The notes under the pieces were generated by a model that saw only the letters and a list, made by a program, of their open reading frames with translations, made no database searches and had not been told where the DNA came from. From NCBI RefSeq assembly GCF_000621645.1, contig NZ_KK211323.1, forward strand, positions 60,001 to 92,000: a DNA stretch of 32,000 nucleotides. Reading direction: 5' to 3'. Both the position numbers and the translations under genes were made by a program. Position 1 is the first letter of the stretch. Every line of letters begins with the position of its first letter. This document shows positions 9,752-18,629 of the stretch, in pieces. The DNA comes from Vibrio cholerae ATCC 14035 (GTDB lineage: Bacteria > Pseudomonadota > Gammaproteobacteria > Enterobacterales > Vibrionaceae).

Positions 9752-10579
9752 TTATGCGGCTTTAAATAATAATTTGTCTAGCCAGCGTGTGGGTAAAAGT
9801 CGCTTTAATACCGCAAAGACTTTGGTTGGCGTCGTAATGCGATAACGGATCTTCGGTTTGCGTGCTTCCAGAGCATGGCAAAGTGGTGCTAGACAAGCCT
9901 CTGGCGGTAAGACAAAGCGGTTGTTGGAGTGCGTTTTGCTCAAACGTTGCATTTGTTGTTGGTAGGCGAGGTGGTGAACACTTTGTTCGATGTTTACCCA
10001 GCGCTTAAAGGCGTGTAAGGCATTGGCGCGAAATTGAGTTTCAATCGGACCAGGTTCAATCAAACTGATATGAATATCCGACCCTTGCAACTCCAGTCTT
10101 AAGGTATCCGTCCAGCCCTCGATGGCAAACTTGGAAGCATTGTAAGCACCGCGGTATTTCATGGCGGCAAAGCCAAGTACAGAGCTGTTTTGAATAATGC
10201 GTCCGTAACCTTGACGACGAAAGTGAGGAAGCAAGCGGGTCGTCAGATGATGCCAGCCAAAAAAATTGGCTTCGAACTGTTCGCGCATAGCTTGTACGGG
10301 TAAGTCTTCCAAAGCGCCCGGTTGGCCATAAGCTCCGTTATTAAACAGTGCATAAAGCCGATGGTTGGAAAGTTCTAGCGCTTGCTCTACCGCTTGGTTG
10401 ATGCTGGCTTCACAGGTGAGATCCAGTTGAATGCAGGTCAAACTCTCTTGGGATAGGCGCGCAACATCTTGTGCATCACGACATGATGCTATCACCTGAT
10501 AACCCCGTAACTGCAATTGTTTCGCCGCCATGTAACCAATGCCGCTTGAGCAGCCAGTAATGAAAATCGATTTGGTCAT
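9752..10579 (-). CDS. ybbO: Short-chain dehydrogenase/reductase, YbbO-like
   Basis: 275-aa ORF with the N-terminal Rossmann motif ITGCSSGIG and catalytic YxxxK (YNASKFA). IEPGPI and the C-terminal K.RY..T....VLKRLLP block align with E. coli YbbO as I recall it. Its position next to ybbN/cnoX matches E. coli. Confidence 0.88.
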   Translation of the reverse strand: MTKSIFITGCSSGIGYMAAKQLQLRGYQVIASCRDAQDVARLSQESLTCIQLDLTCEASINQAVEQALELSNHRLYALFNNGAYGQPGALEDLPVQAMREQFEANFFGWHHLTTRLLPHFRRQGYGRIIQNSSVLGFAAMKYRGAYNASKFAIEGWTDTLRLELQGSDIHISLIEPGPIETQFRANALHAFKRWVNIEQSVHHLAYQQQMQRLSKTHSNNRFVLPPEACLAPLCHALEARKPKIRYRITTPTKVFAVLKRLLPTRWLDKLLFKAA

Positions 10580-10621
10580 CGCAATCCTATTATGTATGCG
10601 TTTGCTTGTGTCCGTTATGGC

Positions 10622-11536
10622 TTATTGTGATGCCGTAAGGAGCTGATTAAAGGCTCGATCAATGCGTGAATAGTGGAACTGAAAGCCAAGGTCGGTCAGT
10701 TTTTTCGGCTTGGCTCTAATGCTATCGAGCAGCAATTCAGAGGCTTCACCCAATAACATTTTTATGAGCCATTGCGGCGTTTTAAAAAGGTGCGGACGCT
10801 TCAATGTGGTGGCTAATGTGAGGCTGAATTCGGCATTGGTCACAGGATGTGGGGCACAAAGGTTATAAGGACCTTGAGCGTGTTCGGTTTCAAGCAGAAA
10901 AAGGATGGCGCGCACCATATCCTGCATATGGATCCAAGGCATGTATTGTTGCCCATCTCCAATCGGCCCTCCTAACCCGAGTCGATAAGGGGGAAGCATT
11001 TTTTTGAGTGCCCCACCTTCCGGTGCTAGCACGATTCCTGTACGTAATAAACAGACCCGCGTCTGTTCAGATTGTGCTTTGAGGGCGCGCTGTTCCCACT
11101 GTTGGCAAACTTGGTGAGAAAAATGGTCACTTCTTACCTGAAGGCTCTCATCAAAGGCATGCTGTTGTTGGTCGCCATAAAAACCCACGGCAGATCCACT
11201 CAAAAATACGGCGGGTGGGTGAGCGCTAGCGTGAATTTTCTCGACTAATTGTTCCGTGATGTCTAGGCGACTACGGGCAATACGCTGCTTTTGGCTTTTG
11301 CTCCAGCGTTTATCGGCAATCGGTTCTCCGGCAAGATTGATGATGGCATCTATCCCGTTGAAATCAGAGAGCTCGTCTAACGAGCGCAGTAATTGCAGAT
11401 TCTGACTTGGAATGTGCGCAAAGCGCTGAGCGGCTTTGGTTAGGTCACGCGTGAGAACCAGCAGCTCATGACTACTGAGCAACTTTATCAGCTCAAAACC
11501 GACAAATCCGGTTCCTCCAGTAATTAAAATTCTCAT
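10622..11536 (-). CDS. yfcH: NAD-dependent epimerase-fold protein, YfcH family (TIGR01777-like)
   Basis: 304-aa ORF starting MRILITGGTGFVG. The blocks INLAGEPIADKRW, TRVCLLRTGIVLAPEGGAL.KMLPPYRLGLGGPIGDGQQY..WIH match E. coli YfcH as I recall it. Confidence 0.88.
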   Translation of the reverse strand: MRILITGGTGFVGFELIKLLSSHELLVLTRDLTKAAQRFAHIPSQNLQLLRSLDELSDFNGIDAIINLAGEPIADKRWSKSQKQRIARSRLDITEQLVEKIHASAHPPAVFLSGSAVGFYGDQQQHAFDESLQVRSDHFSHQVCQQWEQRALKAQSEQTRVCLLRTGIVLAPEGGALKKMLPPYRLGLGGPIGDGQQYMPWIHMQDMVRAILFLLETEHAQGPYNLCAPHPVTNAEFSLTLATTLKRPHLFKTPQWLIKMLLGEASELLLDSIRAKPKKLTDLGFQFHYSRIDRAFNQLLTASQ

Positions 11537-11587
11537 GGTGACTCCTTGTGTGAAGCGGGTTCGGTGATTCGAACTATACCTTTTTTA

Positions 11588-11700
11588 CTTGAAGTTGCCG
11601 CGGTGCAGGCTACGCTTGATCACCCAATCACATAGTTTATCTATGCTCATGGTGATTTCTCACTTGCCGCCTACCTGAAACTCCAAGTCGTTTGGGTATA
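11588..11700 (+). repeat. ERIC/IRU-type imperfect-palindrome repeat, full-length copy 3
   Basis: cttgaagttgccgcggtgcaggctacgcttgatcacccaatcacatagtttatctatgctcatggtgatttctcacttgccgcctacctgaaactccaagtcgtttgggtata is collinear with copies 1 and 2. It lies 50 bp upstream of the yfcH-like start, in the divergent yfcH/yfcE spacer. Confidence 0.85.
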
Positions 11701-11950
11701 ACGCAGTATTGAAATAGTGAAGAGTGAAAGGGGGCTTTGTCAAATCTGGCTCATGGGTTATGCGGGCATTTACCCGTTTATCCTGCTCAATTTGAAGCGG
11801 TATCAGTTCCTTATTTAAGATCGTAGCGCTGTTGGCTAGGTTTATTCATCCTAAGATAGAGTTTGTTTACGGTGAGTTGGGTGACAAAACAACGGTGCAC
11901 GGTAGAAAAGAAAGCCTTACAATTACCCAGTGTTTTTTAAGAGGTTAACC

Positions 11951-12499
11951 ATGAAACTATTTTTTGTCTCAGATCTGCATGGTTCTTTATCTGCGACCGA
12001 ACAAGCACTTGCGCTTTATCAAGCATCGGGGGCGCAATCTCTGATTTTGTTGGGCGATGTATTAAATCACGGGCCACGTAATCCTATCCCGCAAGGGTAC
12101 AACCCTGTAGCCGTCGCTGAAAAATTGAATCAGTTTGCTCAGCAGATCATTGCTGTGCGTGGGAACTGTGATAGTGAAGTCGATCAGATGCTGTTGAGTT
12201 TTCCTATGATGAGTGACTCAGCATGGGTACTGTTAAGTTCAGGGCGACGCTTACTTTTAACGCATGGGCATCTTTACCATAAAGATAAGCTGCCGCCGCT
12301 TAGCGATGGGGATGTTTTGGTGCATGGCCACACGCACATTCCTGTGGCCGAACAAGTTGGCTCAATATACCTAGTTAACCCGGGTTCTATGACGTTTCCC
12401 CGCGGTGAGTATGCCGCGAGCTATGGCGTGCTGGAAGGCGATACAATGAAGGTGATATCGGTTGCTGGCGAAACGCTGGCCAGTTGCCTCCTTCAATAA
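11951..12499 (+). CDS. yfcE: Mn-dependent calcineurin-like phosphodiesterase YfcE
   Basis: The start is re-set to the ATG at 11951, with GAGG 7 nt upstream. MKLFFVSDLHGSL.ATE...LGDVLNHGPRN....GY.P..VAEKLN.....IIAVRGNCDSEVDQMLL.FP...LTHGHL...GHTH.PVAEQ matches E. coli YfcE closely as I recall it. Confidence 0.92.
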   Translation: MKLFFVSDLHGSLSATEQALALYQASGAQSLILLGDVLNHGPRNPIPQGYNPVAVAEKLNQFAQQIIAVRGNCDSEVDQMLLSFPMMSDSAWVLLSSGRRLLLTHGHLYHKDKLPPLSDGDVLVHGHTHIPVAEQVGSIYLVNPGSMTFPRGEYAASYGVLEGDTMKVISVAGETLASCLLQ

Positions 12500-12525
12500 A
12501 TCTAAAGTTCGACATCCCCTTGCGA

Positions 12526-12576
12526 CTTGAAGCTGCAGCGGTGTTGGCCGTATTTTATTCTGAGTCGTTTGGGGAT
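12526..12576 (+). repeat. Short (~50 bp) internally deleted ERIC derivative
   Basis: cttgaagctgcagcggtgttggcc, an ERIC left arm nearly identical to copy 2, is joined through gtattttattctga to the right terminus gtcgtttgggga. It sits between convergent yfcE and the Rdx-like gene and ends 3 nt from the Rdx-like stop (12580..12582). Confidence 0.7.
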
Positions 12577-12579
12577 CGC

Positions 12580-12873
12580 TTAACTTTGCGTAGAAGAGGG
12601 GCGATCAACATGCCCAAGATCGCGCTCAGGATCAATTAAATCACGCACTCTTTGCTTCAGCACTTTGGCTTCTGGAAATCCCCCTTCCTGTTTACGTTCC
12701 CAAATCTGCACGCCATTACAAAAAATCTCGAAGCGTCCGCCCGTATCGGGGTGCAGGGCGACATACTCAATCTCTTCGCTGAAGGTATGCAGTAGCTCCT
12801 GACTCAGCCAGGCAGACCGCAGCATCCAATTGCATTGGCGGCAGTAATAAATCTCGATTTGGGCTTTGTTCAT
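12580..12873 (-). CDS. Rdx-family (SelW/SelT/SelH-like) thioredoxin-fold protein with CxxC
   Basis: The start is re-set to the ATG at 12873 (AAGGA upstream), giving 97 aa: MNKAQIEIYYCRQCNWMLRSAWLSQELLHTF...GGRFEI..NG..IWERK..GGFPE.K.LKQ.VRD. This is the typical bacterial SelW-like pattern with the redox motif CRQC. It begins 40 nt after the toxS stop with no intervening hairpin. Confidence 0.8.
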   Translation of the reverse strand: MNKAQIEIYYCRQCNWMLRSAWLSQELLHTFSEEIEYVALHPDTGGRFEIFCNGVQIWERKQEGGFPEAKVLKQRVRDLIDPERDLGHVDRPSSTQS

Positions 12874-12913
12874 CGTGACGTCCTTGTTATGTCCTATTCT
12901 ACGCTCAGTCAGG

Positions 12914-13435
12914 TTAAGAATTACTGAACAGTACGGTAGAACCATGACTTAAGCTGGTAAAGAGAATGGTTCTTTCGTTAACAATGTCGACTCGACGACT
13001 TTGTTGTGCATCCATCTTGAACAGTTGAGTAATCAGCTGCAATTGCTCGTCAGTAAAGTCTTTGCTTTGGTTTGACGAAATATCTTTAAACTCGACTGGC
13101 GTAACCAAAAGGTAATTATCGCTGATATCCCATTCACCAAATTCGGAGATATTAATGACGCTTTCTGCACTATTGTCATCGGAAAATAGCTTTACGATTG
13201 AAACCCGTAAATAAGTGCCATTAGGCAGATATTTCACATTGGAAGTGACGTCTACCCGACTGAGTGGCCCCATAGCCGGGCGGTTGCTGTTGGTCTTAAT
13301 CAGAGAGACCATTTTGGACTGCCATTCTCGAGAGGTTAACACTTGCTCAAGCTTGAAGTCACTCCCCCAATATAACCAGCTACTGAGCAGCAGAGAGAGC
13401 AGAAGAATACCCATGGCGATGTGTCTATTTTGCAT
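12914..13435 (-). CDS. toxS: ToxS, periplasmic partner and stabiliser of ToxR
   Basis: 173-aa ORF, MQNRHIAMGILLLSLLLSSWLYWGSDFKLEQ..., with a single N-terminal TM helix. It lies immediately downstream of toxR across a 9-nt gap. The sequence matches V. cholerae ToxS as I recall it. Confidence 0.95.
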   Translation of the reverse strand: MQNRHIAMGILLLSLLLSSWLYWGSDFKLEQVLTSREWQSKMVSLIKTNSNRPAMGPLSRVDVTSNVKYLPNGTYLRVSIVKLFSDDNSAESVINISEFGEWDISDNYLLVTPVEFKDISSNQSKDFTDEQLQLITQLFKMDAQQSRRVDIVNERTILFTSLSHGSTVLFSNS

Positions 13436-13444
13436 AGCAAGATC

Positions 13445-14329
13445 CTACTCACACACTTTGATGGCATCGTTAGGGTTAGCAACGATGCGTAAGGTTATGT
13501 TTTCCCCTGAAACTTCAGGGCTGTGAATGTAATTCAGCGTTAACTGGTTATTTTGTCCACCAGTGGCAATCACTTCTATCGGCTTGAGTCCACCAGTATG
13601 TTTTTCATTGTATTTTTTAACGCACAGTTCGATTGACGGTAGCCAATTTGAAAGATCAGGGTGGTTATTCGGCATATTGACGGCTACGCCATCGACAACC
13701 GTTAGGGGTTTAAAGCTGGATTGGCTTGGGTTAGTGAGCAGTAATACTGCGAGGGGAAGTAAGACCGCTATCAGAATAAACAGTCGATTCCCCAAGTTTG
13801 GAGCCGATTTATTCGCCACGACATTGGCTGGCTGCGGTGTGTTCACTACAGTGGCTGATGAAGGCACACTGCTTGATTCTGCGTATTCATTGACAGATTC
13901 TGGCTGAGAGATGTCATGAGCAGCTTCGTTTTCGCGAGCCATCTCTTCTTCAACCGTTTCCACTCGGGCGATCAATTGGTAACCGCGCTTCGGAACCGTT
14001 TTGACGTATTGTGGGGACTTTGTCGAATCTTTGAGCATTTTGCGCAGAGTCGAAATGGCTTGGGTTAAGCTGGAATCATCGACTTCAAAACCTTGCTCTC
14101 GCCAAACAAAGTCATGCAAATCATTGCGAGAAATCACCTCGTTTGGACGTTGGGCCAGCAGCCAAAGAATTCGGCTTTCGTTGCTGCCTAATCGAATGAT
14201 CTCTTCACTATCTTCTTTGTCAATCAGAGTATTGCTTAGGGGATCGAAGGTAAATTTTTCAGCAAGAATGAATTTAGTACCAATATGACTCATCGATATC
14301 TCTTTTGAGTTGTGTCCTAATCCGAACAT
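13445..14329 (-). CDS. toxR: ToxR, transmembrane OmpR-family virulence regulator
   Basis: 294-aa ORF, MFGLGHNSKEISMSHIGTKFILAEKFTFDPLSNTLIDKEDSEEIIRLGSNESRILWLL.... It has a winged-helix domain, the TM segment LFILIAVLLPLAVLLL, and a periplasmic domain ending ...NPNDAIKVCE. It matches V. cholerae ToxR as I recall it and lies divergent from htpG, as published. Confidence 0.97.
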   Translation of the reverse strand: MFGLGHNSKEISMSHIGTKFILAEKFTFDPLSNTLIDKEDSEEIIRLGSNESRILWLLAQRPNEVISRNDLHDFVWREQGFEVDDSSLTQAISTLRKMLKDSTKSPQYVKTVPKRGYQLIARVETVEEEMARENEAAHDISQPESVNEYAESSSVPSSATVVNTPQPANVVANKSAPNLGNRLFILIAVLLPLAVLLLTNPSQSSFKPLTVVDGVAVNMPNNHPDLSNWLPSIELCVKKYNEKHTGGLKPIEVIATGGQNNQLTLNYIHSPEVSGENITLRIVANPNDAIKVCE

Positions 14330-14455
14330 CTAATGTCCCAGTATCTCCCTGTCCCAACACTCAGACTTTACTGGTTTTTTTATCTTCTTTGATAAAAATG
14401 CAGACTTAGAATAATCCAATCTCGATCAAAAAACAGTGTTTTTATGAGTTTTGAC

Positions 14456-14483
14456 CTTGAATTTACATTTTTTGTCCATATCT
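14456..14483 (+). promoter_or_regulatory. Sigma-32 (heat-shock) promoter of htpG
   Basis: CTTGAAt at 14456, 14 nt of spacer, then CCATATCT at 14476. The consensus is CTTGAA-N13-15-CCCCATNT. It lies about 75 nt upstream of the htpG ATG, inside the toxR-htpG divergent spacer. Published work describes competition between this heat-shock promoter and the toxR promoter. Confidence 0.65.
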
Positions 14484-14556
14484 CACTTGCACATCAAGGT
14501 AATTCCATTGAGTCTCAATGGATCAATTGTTTGAAACAGAAGTAAACGGAGCGATT

Positions 14557-16464
14557 ATGAGCGAGACTGCAACCACTAATAAAGAAACGCGTGGTTTTCA
14601 ATCGGAAGTTAAACAACTGCTGCACCTGATGATTCACTCTTTGTACTCCAACAAAGAAATTTTCCTGCGTGAGTTGATTTCTAACGCCTCCGATGCCGTT
14701 GATAAGTTGCGTTTTCAAGCGCTTTCTCATCCTGATCTCTATCAGGGCGACGCTGAATTAGGCGTAAAACTCTCTTTTGATAAAGACAAAAATACGTTGA
14801 CCATTTCGGATAACGGGATCGGTATGACCCGTGATGAAGTGATCGAAAACTTAGGTACGATTGCTAAATCGGGTACGGCTGAATTCTTCTCAAAACTTTC
14901 TCAAGAGCAGTCTAAAAACTCGCAGCTCATTGGTCAGTTTGGGGTGGGTTTTTACTCGGCTTTCATCGTGGCGGATGCGGTGACGGTGCGGACTCGCGCT
15001 GCAGGTAGTGCACCAGCAGATGCAGTACAGTGGTACTCAAAAGGTGAGGGCGAGTACACGGTTGAAACTATCAATAAAGAGTCTCGTGGTACAGACATCA
15101 TTTTGCATCTGCGTGAAGAAGGTAAAGAGTTTTTGTCCGAATGGCGTTTGCGCGATGTGATTTCCAAATACTCTGATCACATCGGTATTCCTGTCTATAT
15201 CCAAACCTCAGTGATGGATGAAGAAGGGAAAGCGACAGAAGAAACCAAATGGGAGCAGATCAACAAGGCTCAAGCTCTGTGGACGCGTGCTAAATCGGAA
15301 GTTACCGATGAGGAATATAAAGAGTTCTACAAGCATGTATCACACGATTTTGCTGATCCACTCGTGTGGAGTCATAACAAAGTCGAAGGTAAAAATGACT
15401 ACACCAGCTTACTTTACATTCCTGCTAAAGCGCCTTGGGATCTGTTCAATCGTGAACATAAGCATGGTTTAAAACTGTATGTGCAACGCGTCTTTATTAT
15501 GGATGATGCGGCGCAATTCATGCCTTCTTATCTGAGATTCGTACGTGGTTTGATTGACTCAAACGATCTGCCGCTCAACGTATCGCGTGAAATTCTGCAA
15601 GATAACAAGATCACTCAGTCACTGCGCCAAGCTTGTACTAAGCGCGTATTGACTATGCTTGAGCGCATGGCGAGCAATGATGCTGACAATTACCAGAAAT
15701 TCTGGAAAGAGTTTGGCTTGGTGATGAAAGAAGGTCCGGCAGAAGATTTTGCTAACCGCGAGAAAATCGCTAGCTTGCTGCGTTTTGCCTCTACTCATAT
15801 CGATTCGGCAGAGCAAACCATCAGCCTTGCTTCTTATGTCGAGCGCATGAAAGAAGGTCAAGACAAGATCTACTATCTGACGGCAGACAGCTATACCGCT
15901 GCGAAAAACAGCCCACACTTGGAGCAGTTTAAGTCAAAAGGGATTGAAGTCATTCTGATGTTTGATCGCATTGACGAATGGTTGATGAATTATTTGCCAG
16001 AGTTTGAGGGTAAAGCGTTCCAGTCCATCACCAAAGCAGGCTTGGATCTCAGCCAGTTCGAAGATGAAGCCGAAAAAGAGAAACATAAAGAGACGGAAGA
16101 GCAATTTAAGTCTGTGGTTGAACGCCTCAAAGGCTATTTAGGTAGCCGAGTGAAAGAGGTTCGTACCACATTCAAACTGGCTAACACACCAGCAGTCGTG
16201 GTGACCGATGATTATGAAATGGGTACCCAAATGGCGAAACTATTGGCCGCAGCCGGCCAGCCTGTGCCTGAAGTGAAGTACATCCTTGAAGTTAACCCTG
16301 AACATGCTTTGGTAAAACGCATGGCGGATGAAGCGGATGAGCAAACTTTTGGCCGTTGGGCGGAAGTGCTACTGGGTCAAGCTATGCTTGCCGAACGTGG
16401 CTCGATGGAAGATCCATCACAATTCTTAGGTGCAGTAAACCAACTGCTTGCACCTAGCCACTAA
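14557..16464 (+). CDS. htpG: Molecular chaperone HtpG (Hsp90)
   Basis: The start is re-set to the ATG at 14557 ([47 protein letters not shown]...), giving 635 aa. The GHKL ATPase motifs and full-length Hsp90 architecture are present. Confidence 0.97.
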   Translation: MSETATTNKETRGFQSEVKQLLHLMIHSLYSNKEIFLRELISNASDAVDKLRFQALSHPDLYQGDAELGVKLSFDKDKNTLTISDNGIGMTRDEVIENLGTIAKSGTAEFFSKLSQEQSKNSQLIGQFGVGFYSAFIVADAVTVRTRAAGSAPADAVQWYSKGEGEYTVETINKESRGTDIILHLREEGKEFLSEWRLRDVISKYSDHIGIPVYIQTSVMDEEGKATEETKWEQINKAQALWTRAKSEVTDEEYKEFYKHVSHDFADPLVWSHNKVEGKNDYTSLLYIPAKAPWDLFNREHKHGLKLYVQRVFIMDDAAQFMPSYLRFVRGLIDSNDLPLNVSREILQDNKITQSLRQACTKRVLTMLERMASNDADNYQKFWKEFGLVMKEGPAEDFANREKIASLLRFASTHIDSAEQTISLASYVERMKEGQDKIYYLTADSYTAAKNSPHLEQFKSKGIEVILMFDRIDEWLMNYLPEFEGKAFQSITKAGLDLSQFEDEAEKEKHKETEEQFKSVVERLKGYLGSRVKEVRTTFKLANTPAVVVTDDYEMGTQMAKLLAAAGQPVPEVKYILEVNPEHALVKRMADEADEQTFGRWAEVLLGQAMLAERGSMEDPSQFLGAVNQLLAPSH

Positions 16465-16483
16465 GTCCTTGCTATCGCATCTT

Positions 16484-16507
16484 AAGCCCGCTTCGGCGGG
16501 CTTTTTT
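16484..16507 (+). terminator. Rho-independent terminator after htpG
   Basis: AAGCCCGC-ttcg-GCGGGCTT followed by TTTT. Confidence 0.9.
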
Positions 16508-16795
16508 CTGCCTTTGAGCTATCGAAGGACGGATTAGTGACTAAACAGGTGAATGGCTGTTTTGCGTCAGTATCATGAGGTCTATCTCAATTTTACCCAT
16601 CACATTCTTTAGTCTTAGAGCGGTATGCCAAACGATTTCTGTGATAGAATGCGGCACTTGAATGTGGTCATTAACGCGTGTATTTTTGCACGCCAGCTCG
16701 CTGTGCGGGCTGTTCTGTCTGTTATACCGAAACTTACCGTGAGTATTTGCAAGCGCTGTGAGCTTCGGTATAAAAATCAATTAGTATGAGGATAA

Positions 16796-17443
<648 letters not shown>

Positions 17444-17482
17444 TCATTATTGTGATGTGCTGATTGCATTGATAGGTGAAAT

Positions 17483-17510
17483 AAAGCGGCAGTAAAGCCG
17501 CTTTTTTTAT
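17483..17510 (+). terminator. Rho-independent terminator after adk
   Basis: AAAGCGGC-agtaaa-GCCGCTTT followed by TTTTT. Confidence 0.85.
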
Positions 17511-17569
17511 AAACTTTTTACCAGAAAGAGACGTAATAACGTATTCAACAGTGCATTTTGAAGGAAGCC

Positions 17570-18532
17570 ATGAATAATCATAAAAAACTTGGCATTTTGC
17601 TTGCCAACTTAGGTACTCCGCAAGCGCCAACCTCTCAAGCGGTAAAAGCGTTTTTGAGCCAATTTCTGCATGATCAGCGAGTGGTAGACATGAGTCGTTG
17701 GTTATGGTGCCCCCTTTTACATGGCATTATCTTGCCAACGCGATCGCCTAAGGTGGCTAAGCTGTATCAATCAATCTGGATGGATGAGGGATCGCCTTTG
17801 ATGGTCTACTCTCGACGTCAACGCGATAAATTGGCAGAGCTTAGCCAACGGCCTGTTGAGCTAGGGATGACCTACGGAGAGCCGAGTTTATTGGAGGGTG
17901 TACGCAAGTTGCAGCAACAAGGTGTTGAACAGATAGTGGTGCTGCCGCTTTATCCGCAATATTCCGCGACGACAACGGCGGCGGTGTTTGATGGTCTCGC
18001 CAAAGCGTTGCGTCAGTTACCTGTAGTCCCTGAATTGCACTTTATTCGTGATTATCATGACCATCCACTCTATATCCAAGCCCTCGCGAAAAGCGTTCGT
18101 GCTTCATGGCAACAACATGGACAAGGTGATCTGTTACTCTGCTCTTACCATGGTATTCCCAAACGTTATGCGCAAAATGGCGATATCTACCCAGAGCATT
18201 GCCTAAAAACCACAGAGTTATTGGCTCAAGCATTAGGATTGCCTCAAGATAAAGTCATGATGACTTACCAATCTCAGTTTGGTAAGGAAGAGTGGCTGCA
18301 GCCATACACGGACAAGACGATGGAAGCGCTTCCTCGCCAAGGCATTAAAAAGCTTGATGTTATTTGCCCTGCCTTTTCAGTGGACTGCTTAGAAACGCTG
18401 GAAGAAATTGCTGAGCAGAACCAAGAAATCTTTTTGCACAGTGGTGGCGAAGCGTTCCACTATGTCCCCTGTTTGAATGACAGTCAGAGCCACATTGAGC
18501 TGATGGCCGCGCTGGTTAAAGCCCATTGTTAA
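17570..18532 (+). CDS. hemH: Ferrochelatase HemH
   Basis: The start is re-set to the ATG at 17570, with AAGGAAG just upstream. The track start at 17558 is a TTG. The 320-aa product, [34 protein letters not shown]..., is collinear with E. coli HemH as I recall it. The adk-hemH order is conserved. Confidence 0.95.
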   Translation: MNNHKKLGILLANLGTPQAPTSQAVKAFLSQFLHDQRVVDMSRWLWCPLLHGIILPTRSPKVAKLYQSIWMDEGSPLMVYSRRQRDKLAELSQRPVELGMTYGEPSLLEGVRKLQQQGVEQIVVLPLYPQYSATTTAAVFDGLAKALRQLPVVPELHFIRDYHDHPLYIQALAKSVRASWQQHGQGDLLLCSYHGIPKRYAQNGDIYPEHCLKTTELLAQALGLPQDKVMMTYQSQFGKEEWLQPYTDKTMEALPRQGIKKLDVICPAFSVDCLETLEEIAEQNQEIFLHSGGEAFHYVPCLNDSQSHIELMAALVKAHC

Positions 18533-18572
18533 GCTTCAACGTGAGCGAGTCATGCATAAAGCAGCCATACAA

Positions 18573-18598
18573 AAACAGCGCCTCATTCGGCGCTGTTT
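18573..18598. terminator. Bidirectional rho-independent terminator between convergent hemH and dtpA
   Basis: AAACAGCGCC-tcattc-GGCGCTGTTT has T-runs on both strands (TTTTC on plus, TTTTTG on minus). Confidence 0.85.
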
Positions 18599-18629
18599 TC
18601 AGTTCCACGGCGTATTTATGATTCCATCT

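Noticed and set aside
16541-16780. 79-aa minus-strand ORF in the htpG-adk spacer
   Set aside because: It has a TTG start, no RBS, and runs antisense across the predicted adk promoter and leader. It is not followed by a terminator.
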